This document shows positions 14,641 to 29,314 of a stretch of 64,000 bases of DNA, piece after piece. Origin of the DNA: Chrysomallon squamiferum (Eukaryota > Animalia > Mollusca); assembly GCA_012295275.1 (NCBI GenBank), contig CM022665.1:24428001-24492000 (forward strand), given 5' to 3'. Positions within the stretch are counted from its first letter, which is position 1, and every line of letters starts with the position of its first letter. A program made the translations under genes and the position numbers. The notes under the pieces are model-generated. The model had not been told where the DNA came from. It made no database searches and was given only the letters and a program-made list of their open reading frames with translations.

Positions 14641-15338
14641 AGTTACGAACTAATTTTCTCTAAAGGGAAAAACAGTACTGTAAGAGAAATCATGAATAAT
14701 ATATTTTTATATATACTATTAGTACACTAACAAAAAAAAATTCTTGCCTTAAACTGATTCATTTAATTCAGTAAATATATAAATTAAAAAAAAAAAAAAA
14801 TTCTTTGTGTTCAAAGGTTTCTGGTTCTGTTGTTTGCTGGAAAATCTGGAATTTAAAAGGAATTAGGAATGTGGATAAAATAAATAAATAAAGGATTTGT
14901 AAAACAATATTCCACGTTACGTAATAGGTACAGAGTTCATGCGTTTTTATGAGTTTTTCTTCAACAGTCATGGCCGTAACTACATTGTGGCAAATGAGGC
15001 AAATGCTTCTTACCAAAATTGACAATTTTTTTTAATTATTATTATTTTTAATACAAAGACTTTGTTTTAAAAATATAGAAACGACATCCACTGAATGAAT
15101 TCGTTTATATCGGAACTTCTGGGGGCCATAGACCCCTCGTCCAAATTTGTTTACTGCTCAGCGATTAAGTGTTTTTGCCTCATATTAAAAAGAGTCTAGT
15201 TACGTCAATGACAGTCAACAAATTCATTTGTTCAGAGTATATTGTATAACTCACCACAATACTAATTTTGTTAAAATATGTTTTTCATTGCATTTAGTTG
15301 TAGGTGTTAAATTTAATTATTCTGCTATAAATAATTAG

Positions 15339-15393
<55 letters not shown>

Positions 15394-15806
15394 TTCCATG
15401 TGATCCTTTGTTACTTGATAAGCTTTAATAACAGCATATAATAATAATAAGTCAACCTTACGAAATGCATGGAGGCTGGTATTTTTTTACTTTACCTGAC
15501 GTCACTTAGAACGGCGATATTAGGGTAAAACAAAAATCCCCGAAAGACTGAGAATTCGCAACCCTTTTCCAGTTAGTTAAACCAATTTGAACTCACGAAA
15601 TAATGCAAAAGCCAGTTTACATAAAAATAATATCCTTTGATTTGTTGTTATCTTTTAAACTTTATTATTAGCAAAAATTAGCGTTATGTAACAAACAAAA
15701 CAATGGCATGGAAGTATATAAAAATCAAATATCTTCGTATCGTCACAAGTACCGTATAATAATATTTATTATTATTATTATTATTATCATTATTATTATT
15801 ATTATC

Positions 15807-15854
<48 letters not shown>

Positions 15855-16262
15855 AAAAATCTAGTTAGAATATTTTTTGTAGTACTGTTCGTATGAAAGA
15901 CTGATTATGAATTTTACTAATCTGGATCAAAACAAAATGTGTTCTACCGAACTGAAATAGTCCCTCTGTGGTGTACATCAGACTTACAAGTTTTAATTAT
16001 TATATTTTAAACAACAGAAGTGATGCAATGTATGCTTAATACTCCTTTTCGTACAAATACTGAATAAATCAGTGTGTTATATGATGTATTAAACATATCA
16101 CAATCATTATTGCTTCCTTTAGTAGTCATAAATATGTATACACATTTTCATCTCAATATTAGGTCAGTATATGTTAGCTTCAGCTATCAATATGATATCC
16201 TTTCATTTACACACACACACATACACATATATGTATATGTATGTGTGTGTATATATATACAG

Positions 16263-16304
<42 letters not shown>

Positions 16305-16659
16305 AAAGATATATAGAAATATATAGAAACGTTGAAAGGATATCATATCATATGTGTTAGATATTACATAAACTGTTTTAATGTATTAATATCAAAATTA
16401 GACAACAGAAAATCAGGTGAACGCTTTGGCGGAGACGTGCCTTTTTACCGTTTTGTTGTGTTCTTGTAATTGTGTTGTACCACAGCAACAAATAGAAATG
16501 AAAATACTTGTACGGTTAAACGAGAAGGTAAAACGACAGTTTAGTTATTCTGACAAACAGCATAATTATTAAACTGAGCAATGTATCCACATTATTACTG
16601 TGGTAATGTAAGTTGTAATGTAATATGTAATGTAATTTTAGAATATACCTAATAATGTG

Positions 16660-17290
16660 TTAGTCTACTGGACTTTATAATATAGTTTTATGACTCGATT
16701 TAATCTCAAAAAGTGTCCAATAATGTACCAGAATATTGGTTATTTATTATTATGAGCGAACTCATTCTCAGATTATCATGAATAATATTTCTAGCATATT
16801 TGATTTTATATTGTAGTATATTATGAGTCAGCTCAATGTCAGTTTATCAAAAACAGTACTACCCGAATTTTGGATTTAATAATCTGGTGATACAATGTAA
16901 TATCAGAATGTACCGAATAATGTACCAGCGTATTGGATTTTATAATGTAATATTATGACTCAACGCACTGTCAAATTATCAAGAAAAATGTTAGTCGAGT
17001 ATTTTATTTTATTAAGAATCAGTTTAATGTACGATTATTACTAACAATAATACAATTTTTTTTTTTTTTTATGTTTATAAATGTAGTATTATGACTCAAC
17101 GTAACGTAAGAGTATGAGTAATGTTAACAGTACATTGGATATTATAATGTAGTATTATGATTCAGCTCAATATCAGATTGCAATATCGTGACACACTGTA
17201 AGATTGTTATGAACAATATTACCAGTATATTGGATTTTATAATGCAATACTGCGATTTAATGTAAGAAAATTATGAATAATGCTGTAAGT
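16660..17290. repeat. Degenerate minisatellite, about 60-70 bp unit (tattggattttataatgtagtattatgactca...)
   Basis: Motif recurs roughly 9 times with divergence. Confidence 0.7.
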
Positions 17291-18392
17291 AAGATATCAT
17301 GATAAGTGCTGGATAATCAACGGGCTTATGTTTTTTTATTTAAATGTGTATCATAATTTTCAGTGATTAACTGATTAAATAATTTTAATTCGTAATTCTT
17401 ATGGGGATATTCCAGAACCAAATGCCCTAAGAACTCTGTACTGAATTTTATACATTATGTTTATACATCTGTTTTGAGATGTATTATCATGTTCTATGTA
17501 GTGGCTTATTAAAGGTTTAAATTCAATTGTTAAATTAGTTTCTCATAATTTATAGGTTTTACATTGTTACCGTTATACTGGGTTTTAAAGAAATTGTGTT
17601 GTTTTGTTCTTTATTTTTGTTGTTTTTTTTTTGTTGTTTTTTAGTGGATTTTTGCAAACGTTCTGTTCACAGTATCGTATGTATATATTTATAAAATAAC
17701 TTTCATTTCGGTTTATTTTCATAATACTCTCTTGTTATAAGACCTGTATTCATAATAGTTGGTTTATGTTCATGAAATTTACATTTATAGGATTTATCTG
17801 AAACTTCATTCTAGACATAATGAAAATACGGTTTTTATTGTTTTAATTTATTAGTTACGTATCTGATATTTTGACATCGAGGTCAGATGACTGAGGTGGG
17901 CTATGTGGCTTGACTGTTGTAATATTTCATTAATTTATTACAGAAAAATGCAACAAAAAATGGAATATATTTGATGTATGATACAACGTGTCATAGTATT
18001 CATAATATCTAGCTGTAAGTTATTTCTATTGATTTTTTAGTCGCAAGTTCATTAATCTGACGAAATATCGAATAATGTTATTGCTAATCTTTTCGTCTGT
18101 ATTTTTCTTTTTATACATTTTGTTTTGTTTTGTTATTTTTTGTTTCCTGCTCCTTGCGTGATTAATACATACAATGATGTACGTTCAAAGATCAACTGTG
18201 GAGGTGTAATTTTAATGTATCACTGCAGATCCATCTCAGGTGACAGTTATGCTGTCGCTTTTATTTGAGTATTATACGTTTCAAGTATCCGTTTTTATTT
18301 CTGTCCATTTTTTTATTTTGTATTAATATTAATATTAATTTTTTTGTTTTAAATTTATTTTATATTCAATACTTCTTACTTTATAATGCCAC

Positions 18393-18426
<34 letters not shown>

Positions 18427-18589
18427 TTTATTAATATTATATACTTTATAATACCAGATAAAGTAAATTTCTGTTTTAAATAACGTAATCTATTATAAGA
18501 TTCATTACAGATGTTTGTTTCATAAATCTGCCGGCTCAGTCTCTCATACAAATACGCCTAGATTCGCTTTTGAAAGTTATATTCAGATA

Positions 18590-18628
<39 letters not shown>

Positions 18629-20659
18629 ACTGAAGAAAATACTGACTGTGAAGACACATTAGTACATGTGATCTGAATAGGACATAATGTGATTCTATAC
18701 ATGGACTCTGTCTAGACTTAAATATTAAAGTTTCGTATTTCATTCCTAAAACAAAGATAACTACGGTCTGATATTAAACATTCTATAATCGCGGGAAGAG
18801 ATGTTCTCATTAACCTCATTATCATTCGCTATCATGAAATATATTATATTGGCTCTATTCCCCGATATATGTTAAAATTAATTTTTCTTATTTCTGAAAC
18901 TCCAAGGAAATCAGAAAACGATTTGATCTGTTCAATATTCATTGACATTTGTGCAAGATTAGATTAATATTCATAGCGTATATGATACTCATTTACCGGA
19001 ATAGCTGGAAATAATTTTTATTGTTCACTTTTATTCCGTATTTATAAAAAAAAAATTTCCGATAGGGAAACCTCTAATAAACCTATGTGGTCACACTGTT
19101 AAGCTGTCTGCCTTCAGACTGGTAGATGCTTGGATCGTATCTCGATATCTACTTCATGAGATGTAAGACAGCTTTGTCATTTATCTAGTCAAATAATATT
19201 ATAATATTTTCTGAGTCCACTCTTGTGTTCCCACGATATAAGAGAATGAATCTTTAGCGTGTAAGCATGACTAAGCAGTCTGATTTTCTGATGTCTTTAT
19301 TGGGGGCCTTAAGGGACTGTTTAACCAAAATTTAACTCGAAAATGCCCTTAGCCGCGAAGTGGATTGATGAATTGGTGTCAGACACCATAGACATACGAT
19401 GTATTTTAATATACAGTGTTTACCGTCAGTTGTCAGCTAGTGAAAATGGTTTTCTTTGTGACACCCGAAAGAAAGATTCAATATGTTTTATTCACAAATC
19501 ACGTGAATGAAGCGACTCTAGCTGTTTGTGATAGAATTCGTTTGGTAGAGCACCGGATATCAGCTTGACAGGTAAAAGTGTTTTTATTAGAAGTTAGAAA
19601 AAAAAAAAACAATCGCAGAATAAAAAAAAAATAAAAAATAAAAAAAGAACCTCACCTAATCCGTAAAGAAAGAGTCATTATATTAAAGTTTCATCATGAA
19701 AAAAATGATGAAATATATCCAGGTGGAAATGAACTTAATAAAATTCTTTGTTGATTCACGGTTTTCGTCATGTTAAAAGGTGCTTTTTTTAAATTTATTT
19801 TTTTATTTTTTTTTGTTGTTGTTGTTGTAGTTGTTGTTGTTGTCGTTGCTGTTCTGGGCGCGAGGTTGTACGTAAAATGTTTCTTTTCATCGATATCTAC
19901 ACCTGTGTTTATCTTCTTCCAACTAGGGCAGAGAACTGTATATTGCTAAAATTTCGTCAGCATCCGTGACCGCTATACAGAAACCTACCTTATTTAACTC
20001 ATGTAGAGGCAAGAAAGTGCAGCTTTACGCCCGAATTAGCGCTTTCTGTTTGAATAATGACTTGTACGGAAAATCGCCATGGTCGCTTTCGTAATCACGT
20101 TCGCATTCTGTGTTAACGGGCCGTATGACTATTTCTGTGTCCCACGATTTACTGACTGACGACTGGTCGCGTTTGATATATTTAATTTTGTTCAGGACAT
20201 GTCTTAAGAACATTTCGTCTCTTTTGGTTAAAAAAAAAAACACAAAAAAACCCATTAATTTGTTTGTTTAACAGATAGAGTTATTTCCAAATAATTTGTA
20301 TTGTTTTCTTTCAGTGTTGACAAATAAAACCCACGTTTATTTCATAATGACAAACAAAACAAATATCAAACAACAATCATAAAAACATTTCTGATAATGG
20401 ATTTTTATTTGGTAAATGGAACCATGCCCTATACGTATTTAAGTAACTTAGCTGATTTGTATAATATGCCTTTGATATGGGTCCGCAGTATCTTTCTCAG
20501 TTTGAATAATAAAACTACCCTGAAGGTCTTCATAACTACTTTATTTTTGTTAATCAGTTAAAATTTGATCATATTTCGGTTTCAAATTATTTGTTCAAAA
20601 AATTGTAGATACCAATGTGCATGCCTTTTTGTTATATATGCATTATCAACTATACTACA

Positions 20660-20697
<38 letters not shown>

Positions 20698-21185
20698 TCT
20701 TATTATTAAACATAACGTAAAAGCCAAAGACGGTGACAAGAAGGTGGTGTCTTGTATAAAGTCTTATAACAGTACGTTATAATGTTTAGAAAATGTTTGA
20801 TCCTATGGATATTTTCAAAGATTAAAAGCTATGCTTTAATCTTTACTCAACAATTTATTTATTTAATTAATACTTTTTATTGAAGAATGATAGTATGTTA
20901 CTGATGTAGGAATGCATGAATGAAAGTATTAATTAATTAATTAGTCTGTATTCAGTGAAAATCAAGTTTCTATTACAATGTAAATTGTGTTATTCTTTCT
21001 CTCAAATAAAACTGTGTGGATAATCATGTTTGTTTCCTTCATTAGTTTTATTTGTTTTATATATATATATATACACCCTCACACACACACACATACATAC
21101 ACATACACACACACATATACACACACATACGTATAGACACATAAAAGAACTGTACTCTTTTTTCATTATTTTTCCGTTTCTTTTT

Positions 21186-21238
<53 letters not shown>

Positions 21239-21933
21239 ATCTCTGTCTGTATATCTCTGTCTGTGTCTCTGTTTCTCTCTGTCTCTGTATCTGTCTCTCC
21301 TTTCTCTCTATTTTTCACATGCTCTTTTTTTTTTCTCTCTCTCTCTATCACTGATTCCCTTAGCACACATACTTCTTATTTTTAGAATATACTGTCTATC
21401 AATTTCAAACAAATCATAATCAATTTATGAAGAAGCCAGTGAGAAAAGAAAAAAGAAAAAAACTGTCAAAAATATATGTGTCATCAGGTTACTGCTTCCT
21501 CCAGTATTGCTGAAGCCCTGGAGTGAATACAAAAACCTTTTGCACTAACACAAAAATGAGGTCACCAAGCGAAAGCGGAAAAAACGCCGGTGTCGAAGAC
21601 TTCCTGATCAGTTGTTTAATTTGTGGCTCTTGGCTGGCATTCGTTTGATATTTTAATTCTGTAAATATCTCAGTTTCTAACCTTTTTTTTTTTTTATTAT
21701 TATTATTTTTTTTTTTTAATGCTAGGGTAAAATAAATTACTTCTTTTTCCTTATTTTATTTTTTTTTTTTTTTTCTCTTTTGCAACAGATGAAGTGACAA
21801 CGTTTTGTACGTAATTTATATTTTTATTGAAACTGGAGAACCAAACTTACACAAAATAGGTGTTTGATTTGAAATAACTATTCATGTACATGTGTGTTTG
21901 TGAGAGTATATGACCTGCATATACATTTATTCA

Positions 21934-21981
<48 letters not shown>

Positions 21982-22474
21982 TATATGCACACGTATACTT
22001 ACATACATACATGCATACATGCATATATAAACACATAATAATACATACATGAGTACACATATATACGAACACAAACTCACACACATTCACATTATACGTT
22101 CAGATATAAACACACATATACAAACACAAACACATACACACACAGACACATACGCCAACAACTATACGCGATTAAACAGAAATCAAATTAGTTACACAGA
22201 AATGATGCTGTGTCTGATTACTGCTTAACTTTGAATTTTTTATAAGGTTATAACAGATCTTTCCACTACCAGTTATTCAACCTGTCGCCACGTTACCACT
22301 AATCAAGCTGTGTTAATAAAAGTAGGTCAAAAAAAAAGAGAAAAAAAAAGACAGGTTATCAAATCACAAGAGAAATGGAGTTAATGCAATTTTTAAGGTA
22401 TTTATTTCATTTCCGGGTCAGAAAGACCTATTTGAAAAACTTAGTGGCAGATGTGAAAACAGAATTAATTATTA

Positions 22475-22508
<34 letters not shown>

Positions 22509-22655
22509 GTGCAATCGCCTAGATGTCGTTAGTTCGTTTGTCCGCAATTTTTTCCCCATCTATAGAAATTTTAGTACAGTCAGCACTAGAATTTATAAAT
22601 AATGAAAAAAAAGAAATGAAAAAAAGATATACACAAATAATTATTCATATAAATA

Positions 22656-23370
22656 CAGTGGTACCTTGACTTACGAGTTTAATTCGTTCCGTGACCGAGC
22701 TCGTAACTCAAATTGTTCGTATATCAAATCAGTTTTCCCAAATGAAATTAATTGAAATGCTATTAATCCATTCCAGCCCCCATAAAAAGACAACCCTATA
22801 ACTTCTAATATGTTTTTAAATAAGAAAAATGTATTTATAAATGACAATTATTGTATAAAAATAAAAGAGAATGTAAACAAATAAACTGGTTTTGTAAAGT
22901 GTAGAGGGTTAGAGTTTCTCCATCCTTTCATGGACAGAGGTCCGCGGCTTAGAAATTATTTTAACGCCTTTGGCTGGAGTTATAGCCTTTATCGACTTCC
23001 TCTGCTTCAGTATGGTACATATCGTAGAAGTATTACGCTCGTATTGTCTAGCCAAGTCGACTACATGAACACCTCGCTCATGTTTTTCTATGATTTCATG
23101 CTTTAATTCATCTCAGCAATGTCCTTTGCACTCACTTTCTTAGGATCCATCGCAAAATACTGCACTTAACGCGAGCACAACACAACAGATATGCTTCCAC
23201 GGCGAGGAAACCATTGTGTTGTTCGTTGCGCCAACTAGCGGCGGCTTATCTGAAGCTCGCTCGTAACTCGGATTTGTGGCTCGAAAACTCAAAGCAAAAA
23301 GTCGACCGACTGACTGCTCGTAACTCGGAAAACTCGTAAGTTGGAGCACTCGTAACTAGAGGTATCACTG
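22656..23370 (-). mobile_element. Tc1/mariner Tigger/pogo-family non-autonomous deletion derivative (715 bp)
   Basis: 23-bp TIRs (CAGTGGTACCTTGACTTACGAGT vs revcomp CAGTGATACCTCTAGTTACGAGT, 19/23) with TA on both flanks. Minus-strand transposase N-terminal relic MDPKKVSAKDIAE (from 23150), a frameshift, then ELKHEIIEKHERGVHVVDLARQYERNTSTICTILKQRKSIKAITPAKGVKIISKPRTSVHERMEKL (23109-22912), a CENP-B/psq-type HTH. No DDE domain. Confidence 0.9.
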
Positions 23371-23498
23371 TATTTGTAAACATTATTTATAAACACACTT
23401 TCTCACAAAGCGTCGTCAAATCGCAGTGTAAGAACATATCCTATGACTTACATCTTTTCACTTTGCTGAGTAGTAACAATGAATTTTCTTTTCTGTTC

Positions 23499-23529
<31 letters not shown>

Positions 23530-24029
23530 CATTTACTACACCAAACTGTGTTTCGTAACAGACAAGTTATTATGAAACCCATGAGCCCTCCGAGGAGATT
23601 TGCATGAGTTAACTTTGTCAAGACAAAAAAGTGTGAATCATCGAAACCACTGCTGTGGGATCATGTTTAAGTTGTCGTATGAATCACTTTTGAATTATTA
23701 CACTTAACTGTCTTTGATTTCGTATGCTCGCAACAGAGTTAAAATGAGAATTAGGTCATTGAGAATACAGAAAAAAATCTCACGTGTCTAGAAGTTTAGA
23801 TATAATTATAGTATACATTACAGTCAAACTGACTTAGCTGCAGTTATTAGGCTTTTCTTCTTTTCTTTACTGATTTATTATTGTTGTTGTTGTTGTTGTT
23901 ATTATTATTATTATCATCATCATCATCATTATTATTATATGTTGTGATCTTGTCGACGTTTTCGTTGTTGTTCTATTTCTTGTTCTTATTCTTTATACTG
24001 CTGGTACTGGTATTATTGCTGTTGTTTTG

Positions 24030-24090
<61 letters not shown>

Positions 24091-27000
24091 TACTAGTATA
24101 ATACTACTGTTGTTGTTGTTGTTGGCGTTAGTGATGCTTGTGTTGGTGGTGATGATAATGATGATTCTAATCCATCACGTTTAATGAGGATTTATTTTAA
24201 ACGCAGTTCTATGCTTACATATATTATCTCACCAGATTGCTTGAATTTAGATACTTATTTATTTTTCTTTAAAATAGTAAAATCAACCAAAATGCAGTAT
24301 CATTCATTTGTATATCACCAACGCATAGAGCTGAACATAATCAATAATTATATGGCCGCGTACATGGCCAAAAATGATTAGGATCCGCTTGAGCAGTGCA
24401 GAATAAGTGACAATATGAACATGATTACAATTGATGTGATTGCATACAAAAACTATGGTCGCTGTTTGCGGACAATACAAACAAACAAATACATTTTAAT
24501 TGACACCTCGTTACAGTTTACTATTAACCGATTATTATAACCTGTTTATTAACATTTTGTATAACGATGATTTGTAAACTAGACGCCTGAAATGTTCTTT
24601 TCATCTGTAAAGTATTTGCTTTTGTCTGTATGTTGAATAGCTTCAAAAGTCATCGATGTTTGTGCCAACTAGAAGCACTGATCTTTTTGTTGCTCTGCGT
24701 AGAGAGCAAAACACAGATTACAACCTTTGCTACTGTAGTCACAGAGGATATAAAATTCATTGTAAAAAAAAAAAACCAAAAACAGAAGAAACTAGCAGGA
24801 TTGACCCTGCAACCTTTCAGGCATGAACTGCTGCTCGCTCTGTTATATTACCGAATTACAGTGTCAGTTCAGTTCACTCGTTTCCAAATATATTTAGATG
24901 TTATTGTATTTAAAAAAAAAAAAAAAAAAAACAAACCGGAACCCATGCAAAAAAAACGTCCAATTGTCTGACATCGAAGATGCAATTACAACCACGGTGT
25001 AATATTTAATTACGGCTTGTTTCTGGCTTAACAACAAATCCTAACAAATTGCAGGGCATTCCGAACAACAATGGAACGAACGATAATGCTCTGTTTTCAA
25101 AAAGCATTCAGAAGTAATGGACATCTGTTCTGAAAGGTGAACTGGGAACAGTCTGGACAAATGCTTCAGAATAACTACAAAAAAAAATAATAATAATTTT
25201 GTGGATACAGTAGATGTTTATAGATGTAATCGTATTACCGATTAAGGTTCGATTGTGGTTTAGTCTTTACTAAAGTACATTAGTGTTTATTGAATCGTAA
25301 TGGTCTGTTGATCGTCGTAATTGGTGTCCTTTATCTGGATCAGTGTTTATGAACTTATGTAGTGTTTTCTTATGGTTAATTTATTTCAGTTTCTTGATTC
25401 TTTCATCGTTTTATTTATTTATTTATTTATATTAATGTTGTGTTTTGCTTTGCTGTTTTGTCTTACTTTATAAAGAGGTGTAATAGTAGTAGTAGTAAAA
25501 GCAGTAGTAGTAGTTGTAGTAGTAATAGTAGTGTTTGTTGTTGTTGTTACAGTGGTGGTAGTAATAGAAGTTAGAAGTAGTAATGGTAGCAGAAGCTGTT
25601 GTTCTTGTAGTGACAGTTATAGTGGTAACACAATTATTTAATTTTGTTGTTGCCGTAGTAGTAATATCATTCGTCATCAATACCTTTTCAATCTTTTCTG
25701 AAATCTTAGATCAACCCCTGCTATTTACCTTAAAAGGCTTTCAAGTGGTAGAACAGGCGCATGCTGAAAGTAGCTTACAATGAAACCTCAGCGTGAAAGA
25801 TTCTTCAGAGACATGGCGTGCCACGTAAGACTCCCACATAACGTTTCGAGTACTAAATCCATGTCACTGTGCAACATTTATTACGATCATAAAATAATTT
25901 TCTTTCGTTTATTTATTCAAGTTTTATTATGTATGTGTATATATATATATATTTTTTTTTTCTGAAATTCTGAACAAGACGTCAGTTTGAACTACATTAA
26001 CATGTATTCATGTTGTGAGTTGAAGCTGACAAAATATGAAGTTTATTACACGACGAATCTGTAAATATACAAGTTTAATGTACTTTTCTCTATCCACCAT
26101 CTGTGTGATAATTTCAAGTCCTCGACCTGATCTGTACCGCCCATCATTCGTGATATAACTACAATGTGCTAAGTGTTTCTCACATGTTTACTTTTCTGCA
26201 TGTTATGAATCGTGTATTATTTGATAAAAGGCGTCCCTGCAGATACTCATCGAGTAAATATGAACTATCTTAACTTAATGGTTCCCTGCAAACTTTAGAA
26301 CGAGCAAACTCCTGTTTGTTACCGACCAAAGGTGGTTTATAGCCTATATATATCCACTGAAAGTTCCTTATATAATAATTTGCTAAAATTATCTCTGTCT
26401 CTCCCTACACACGCGCGCACACACACACAAACACACACTTATATACACAGATACACAGAAACACACACTTATACACACACACACAAACAAACAAACACTT
26501 ATACACACACACACACACACACAAGAGAAATCTGAAGAAAAAGATACAACTAAATAATAATAAAAGAACAACGATATATACACATTATACGAATCTTATC
26601 TCATCTTCGAAGTTATATTTAGAAATAAACAATAAAGACAAACAACGCGTTCTTTTTAGAAATCTTGGCTTCATTCGTGCTCGACATATTATTATTCGTG
26701 AAGATTTATTTACAACAAAGCAAAATATATTACATACTTCCACAGGTTTATCTCTAACATAAAAGGGGAAAGGAAAAGCAAAAAACGAAGGGAAGGATGA
26801 AGAAAAGTAATAAGAAGAAGCAAGAGGAAATGACAGAAAAAGAAAGGAAAAGAAAATACAGAATGTTAAATGATGAAAGAAAGATAAGAAAAAAACCGAA
26901 GGAAAAAAAAAAAAGGGGGAAAATAAAGGAACGAACAAAGAATGAAAGAAAGAAGGGATGGTAGAAAAACAAAACAAAAACCAAAGAAAGAAAACTAGAA

Positions 27001-27485
27001 GAAATGAAAGGTGAAAAAAGGAAACAGATATGGATGAAGAGAAGATGGAGGAAAAAAAAGTGAATTAATTGAACTAATATATATATGGGGTTGTACTAGA
27101 AGGTTGAAACGACTATGAATCTCCACCCAACCAAAAAAATAAAAAAAAAAAATAAAATAAAAAGCTATGATGACGAAAAACGCAACAGGCAATCCCGCAA
27201 TAAACCATACCTGTGACATTTCCCTTTCTCTGCCATCGACTGCTTGTGAGTCTATTCAACATACAGACAAAAGCAAATACTTTACAGATGACAGTGAAAA
27301 GAACGTTTCAGGCGTTTAGCTTAAATAACAGGTTAAACAGTTTGGATTTAAAGTAAAGAGAGGTGAAAGCATTATTAACATAATCTATACAACTTGACAT
27401 TTTTGTGGTTGTTCATAAAATCTAGAAGACCAGTCTCATTTTTACTACGAATACAAAAATGCTGATCATTATAGTTGTCTTTTCC

Positions 27486-27545
<60 letters not shown>

Positions 27546-27575
27546 TCAAAGAGAGCTAAACTGGAATTATTAACG

Positions 27576-27680
<105 letters not shown>

Positions 27681-27805
27681 AAATAAATAAAGCATGAAAA
27701 ATCCTGCCATTATATATTTTTTTCTTCCATATAGCTATTTACAGTTAGTTAAATAAAAAATAAAAATAAAATATGTAGGTAAATACAAACTGAAAATTAA
27801 ACATA

Positions 27806-27838
27806 TGACGCAATACAGTTTTATTTGATATGACGTCA
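27806..27838. promoter_or_regulatory. CRE-like pair upstream of the candidate globin 2 first exon
   Basis: TGACGCAA at 27806-27813 and perfect TGACGTCA at 27831-27838. Confidence 0.35.
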
Positions 27839-27935
27839 ATGCTGTGGATAATGGTTTTACGTCTTTCTTGTCTACGCGGGGTATGACTCTGATTTCAAGG
27901 CGATTTTAATCTTGCTTAAAGAACAGGAGCAAAAT

Positions 27936-27954
27936 ATGGAGACTCCTGAAACTA
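27936..27954 (+). CDS. Candidate first coding micro-exon of globin 2 (METPET + 1 nt)
   Basis: aatATGGAGACTCCTGAAACTA|gttagt. The phase-1 donor matches the phase required by the acceptor at 29313-29314 (A+AC = Asn). Its acidic composition continues into TENAEETGQDE. A CRE palindrome lies about 100 bp upstream. Confidence 0.55.
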
Positions 27955-29314
27955 GTTAGTGACATTTTCGTTTATTTTCTATTTATTCTGCAGACATAAT
28001 TACATACATATACACATACATACATCTAACAGAGGGATATATTTTCCTAATGATTATTTCTATGCAGTTAATATGGTACTATGAAGAATTAAAATAAAAT
28101 ACATTCATAACCGTATTCATTACTAGTAAAACAAAAAACAGTTTACATTATACATATATCTACTGTATTTCATAAGGAGAAAATAGTGTGGTTGACTACA
28201 GTGTAAATGCAGTAGGTCAAAAATTGAAAATACGTACGTGTGTCTTTCTAGAGTGTGTGTAACTAAGGTGACATGAAAAAATGTTTGTACAGGGTGTCTT
28301 CCCGACCTTTAAAATGCCACCAACTCCAAATATATTTATTTTATTTTATTTTATTTTATTTTGTATAAAGTGAAAAATTTCTGAAGAAAAAAGAAACAAC
28401 TTTTACCAGACTTCTGTTGTGATTGTGCAATCAACTTTCATTAGAATATTATTAATGTTTTGTTGTGATATTTCTAGTTTGAAGGTTTCTGTACCTTTCT
28501 ATCCTGCCTTCTGACCGCCAATACAATGGTTAGATATGTTCTTCCTACTCGTCGCTATTCAATACATAAAATAAAAAAATTAAAATTAAAATTAAAAACT
28601 ACCCTCTTTACGTGTTTTTTTTTTTTTTTTTTTTTTTTGAAATGATCCTGTGTTTATTTATCAGATGATTATTTGTAATTTTCGTTTAAAACAGTCTAAA
28701 ACGGCACCTCTGGGAAACAAAAGAAAACATTTTTTGCTCAGTATATCCAAGAAAGTAGTTTCTTTCGAGTCTGGAAAACCGGGGAGGAAAAGTTCAGAAA
28801 TTGGGATCACCTCAGGACCCGAGCTAGCCGGATAAATGGCCTGATACCTGTATTATCATCATCATGATCGTTGTTGTTGTTGTTGCTATTATTATTGTTG
28901 TTGTCGTCGTCGTCGTCGTACTTGTTGTATCTTAATATATTCAGGATCGGCTGCTCTGCCGTTATTTGCTCATTCTATACTGCATTTTTATTTCTCTAGG
29001 AAGTTACAGAACACTGAAAAATGAAGAATGTTTAATCATAAAGTATCTCGAAAAAAAAAAAAAAAAAAACACGTAAAAAAAAAAAAAAAAAATTATTGAA
29101 TCGATGAACATATCTAACCATTTATTTTCAGCAGGATAGAAAAAACTAGAAATATCGCCATTAAAAATTCTAATAAAGTTTAAACAAAACTAGACTCTGA
29201 AGAAGTGAAAACGCAAATAAAAGATTCGTGTATGCTATGTCTTCTTAAAACATGTAAATGAACGAAAAGATGAGATAAAATTACATTTTCTCTTTCTCGC
29301 TGTTTCTTCTTCAG

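Noticed and set aside
23140-23349. 69-aa minus-strand ORF
   Set aside because: Lies in the subterminal non-coding part of the Tigger element and is not the transposase frame.
25780-25830. Short ORF with a gtaaga donor as the upstream coding exon of globin 2
   Set aside because: The donor is phase 0 relative to its ATGs, whereas the globin 2 acceptor needs phase 1.
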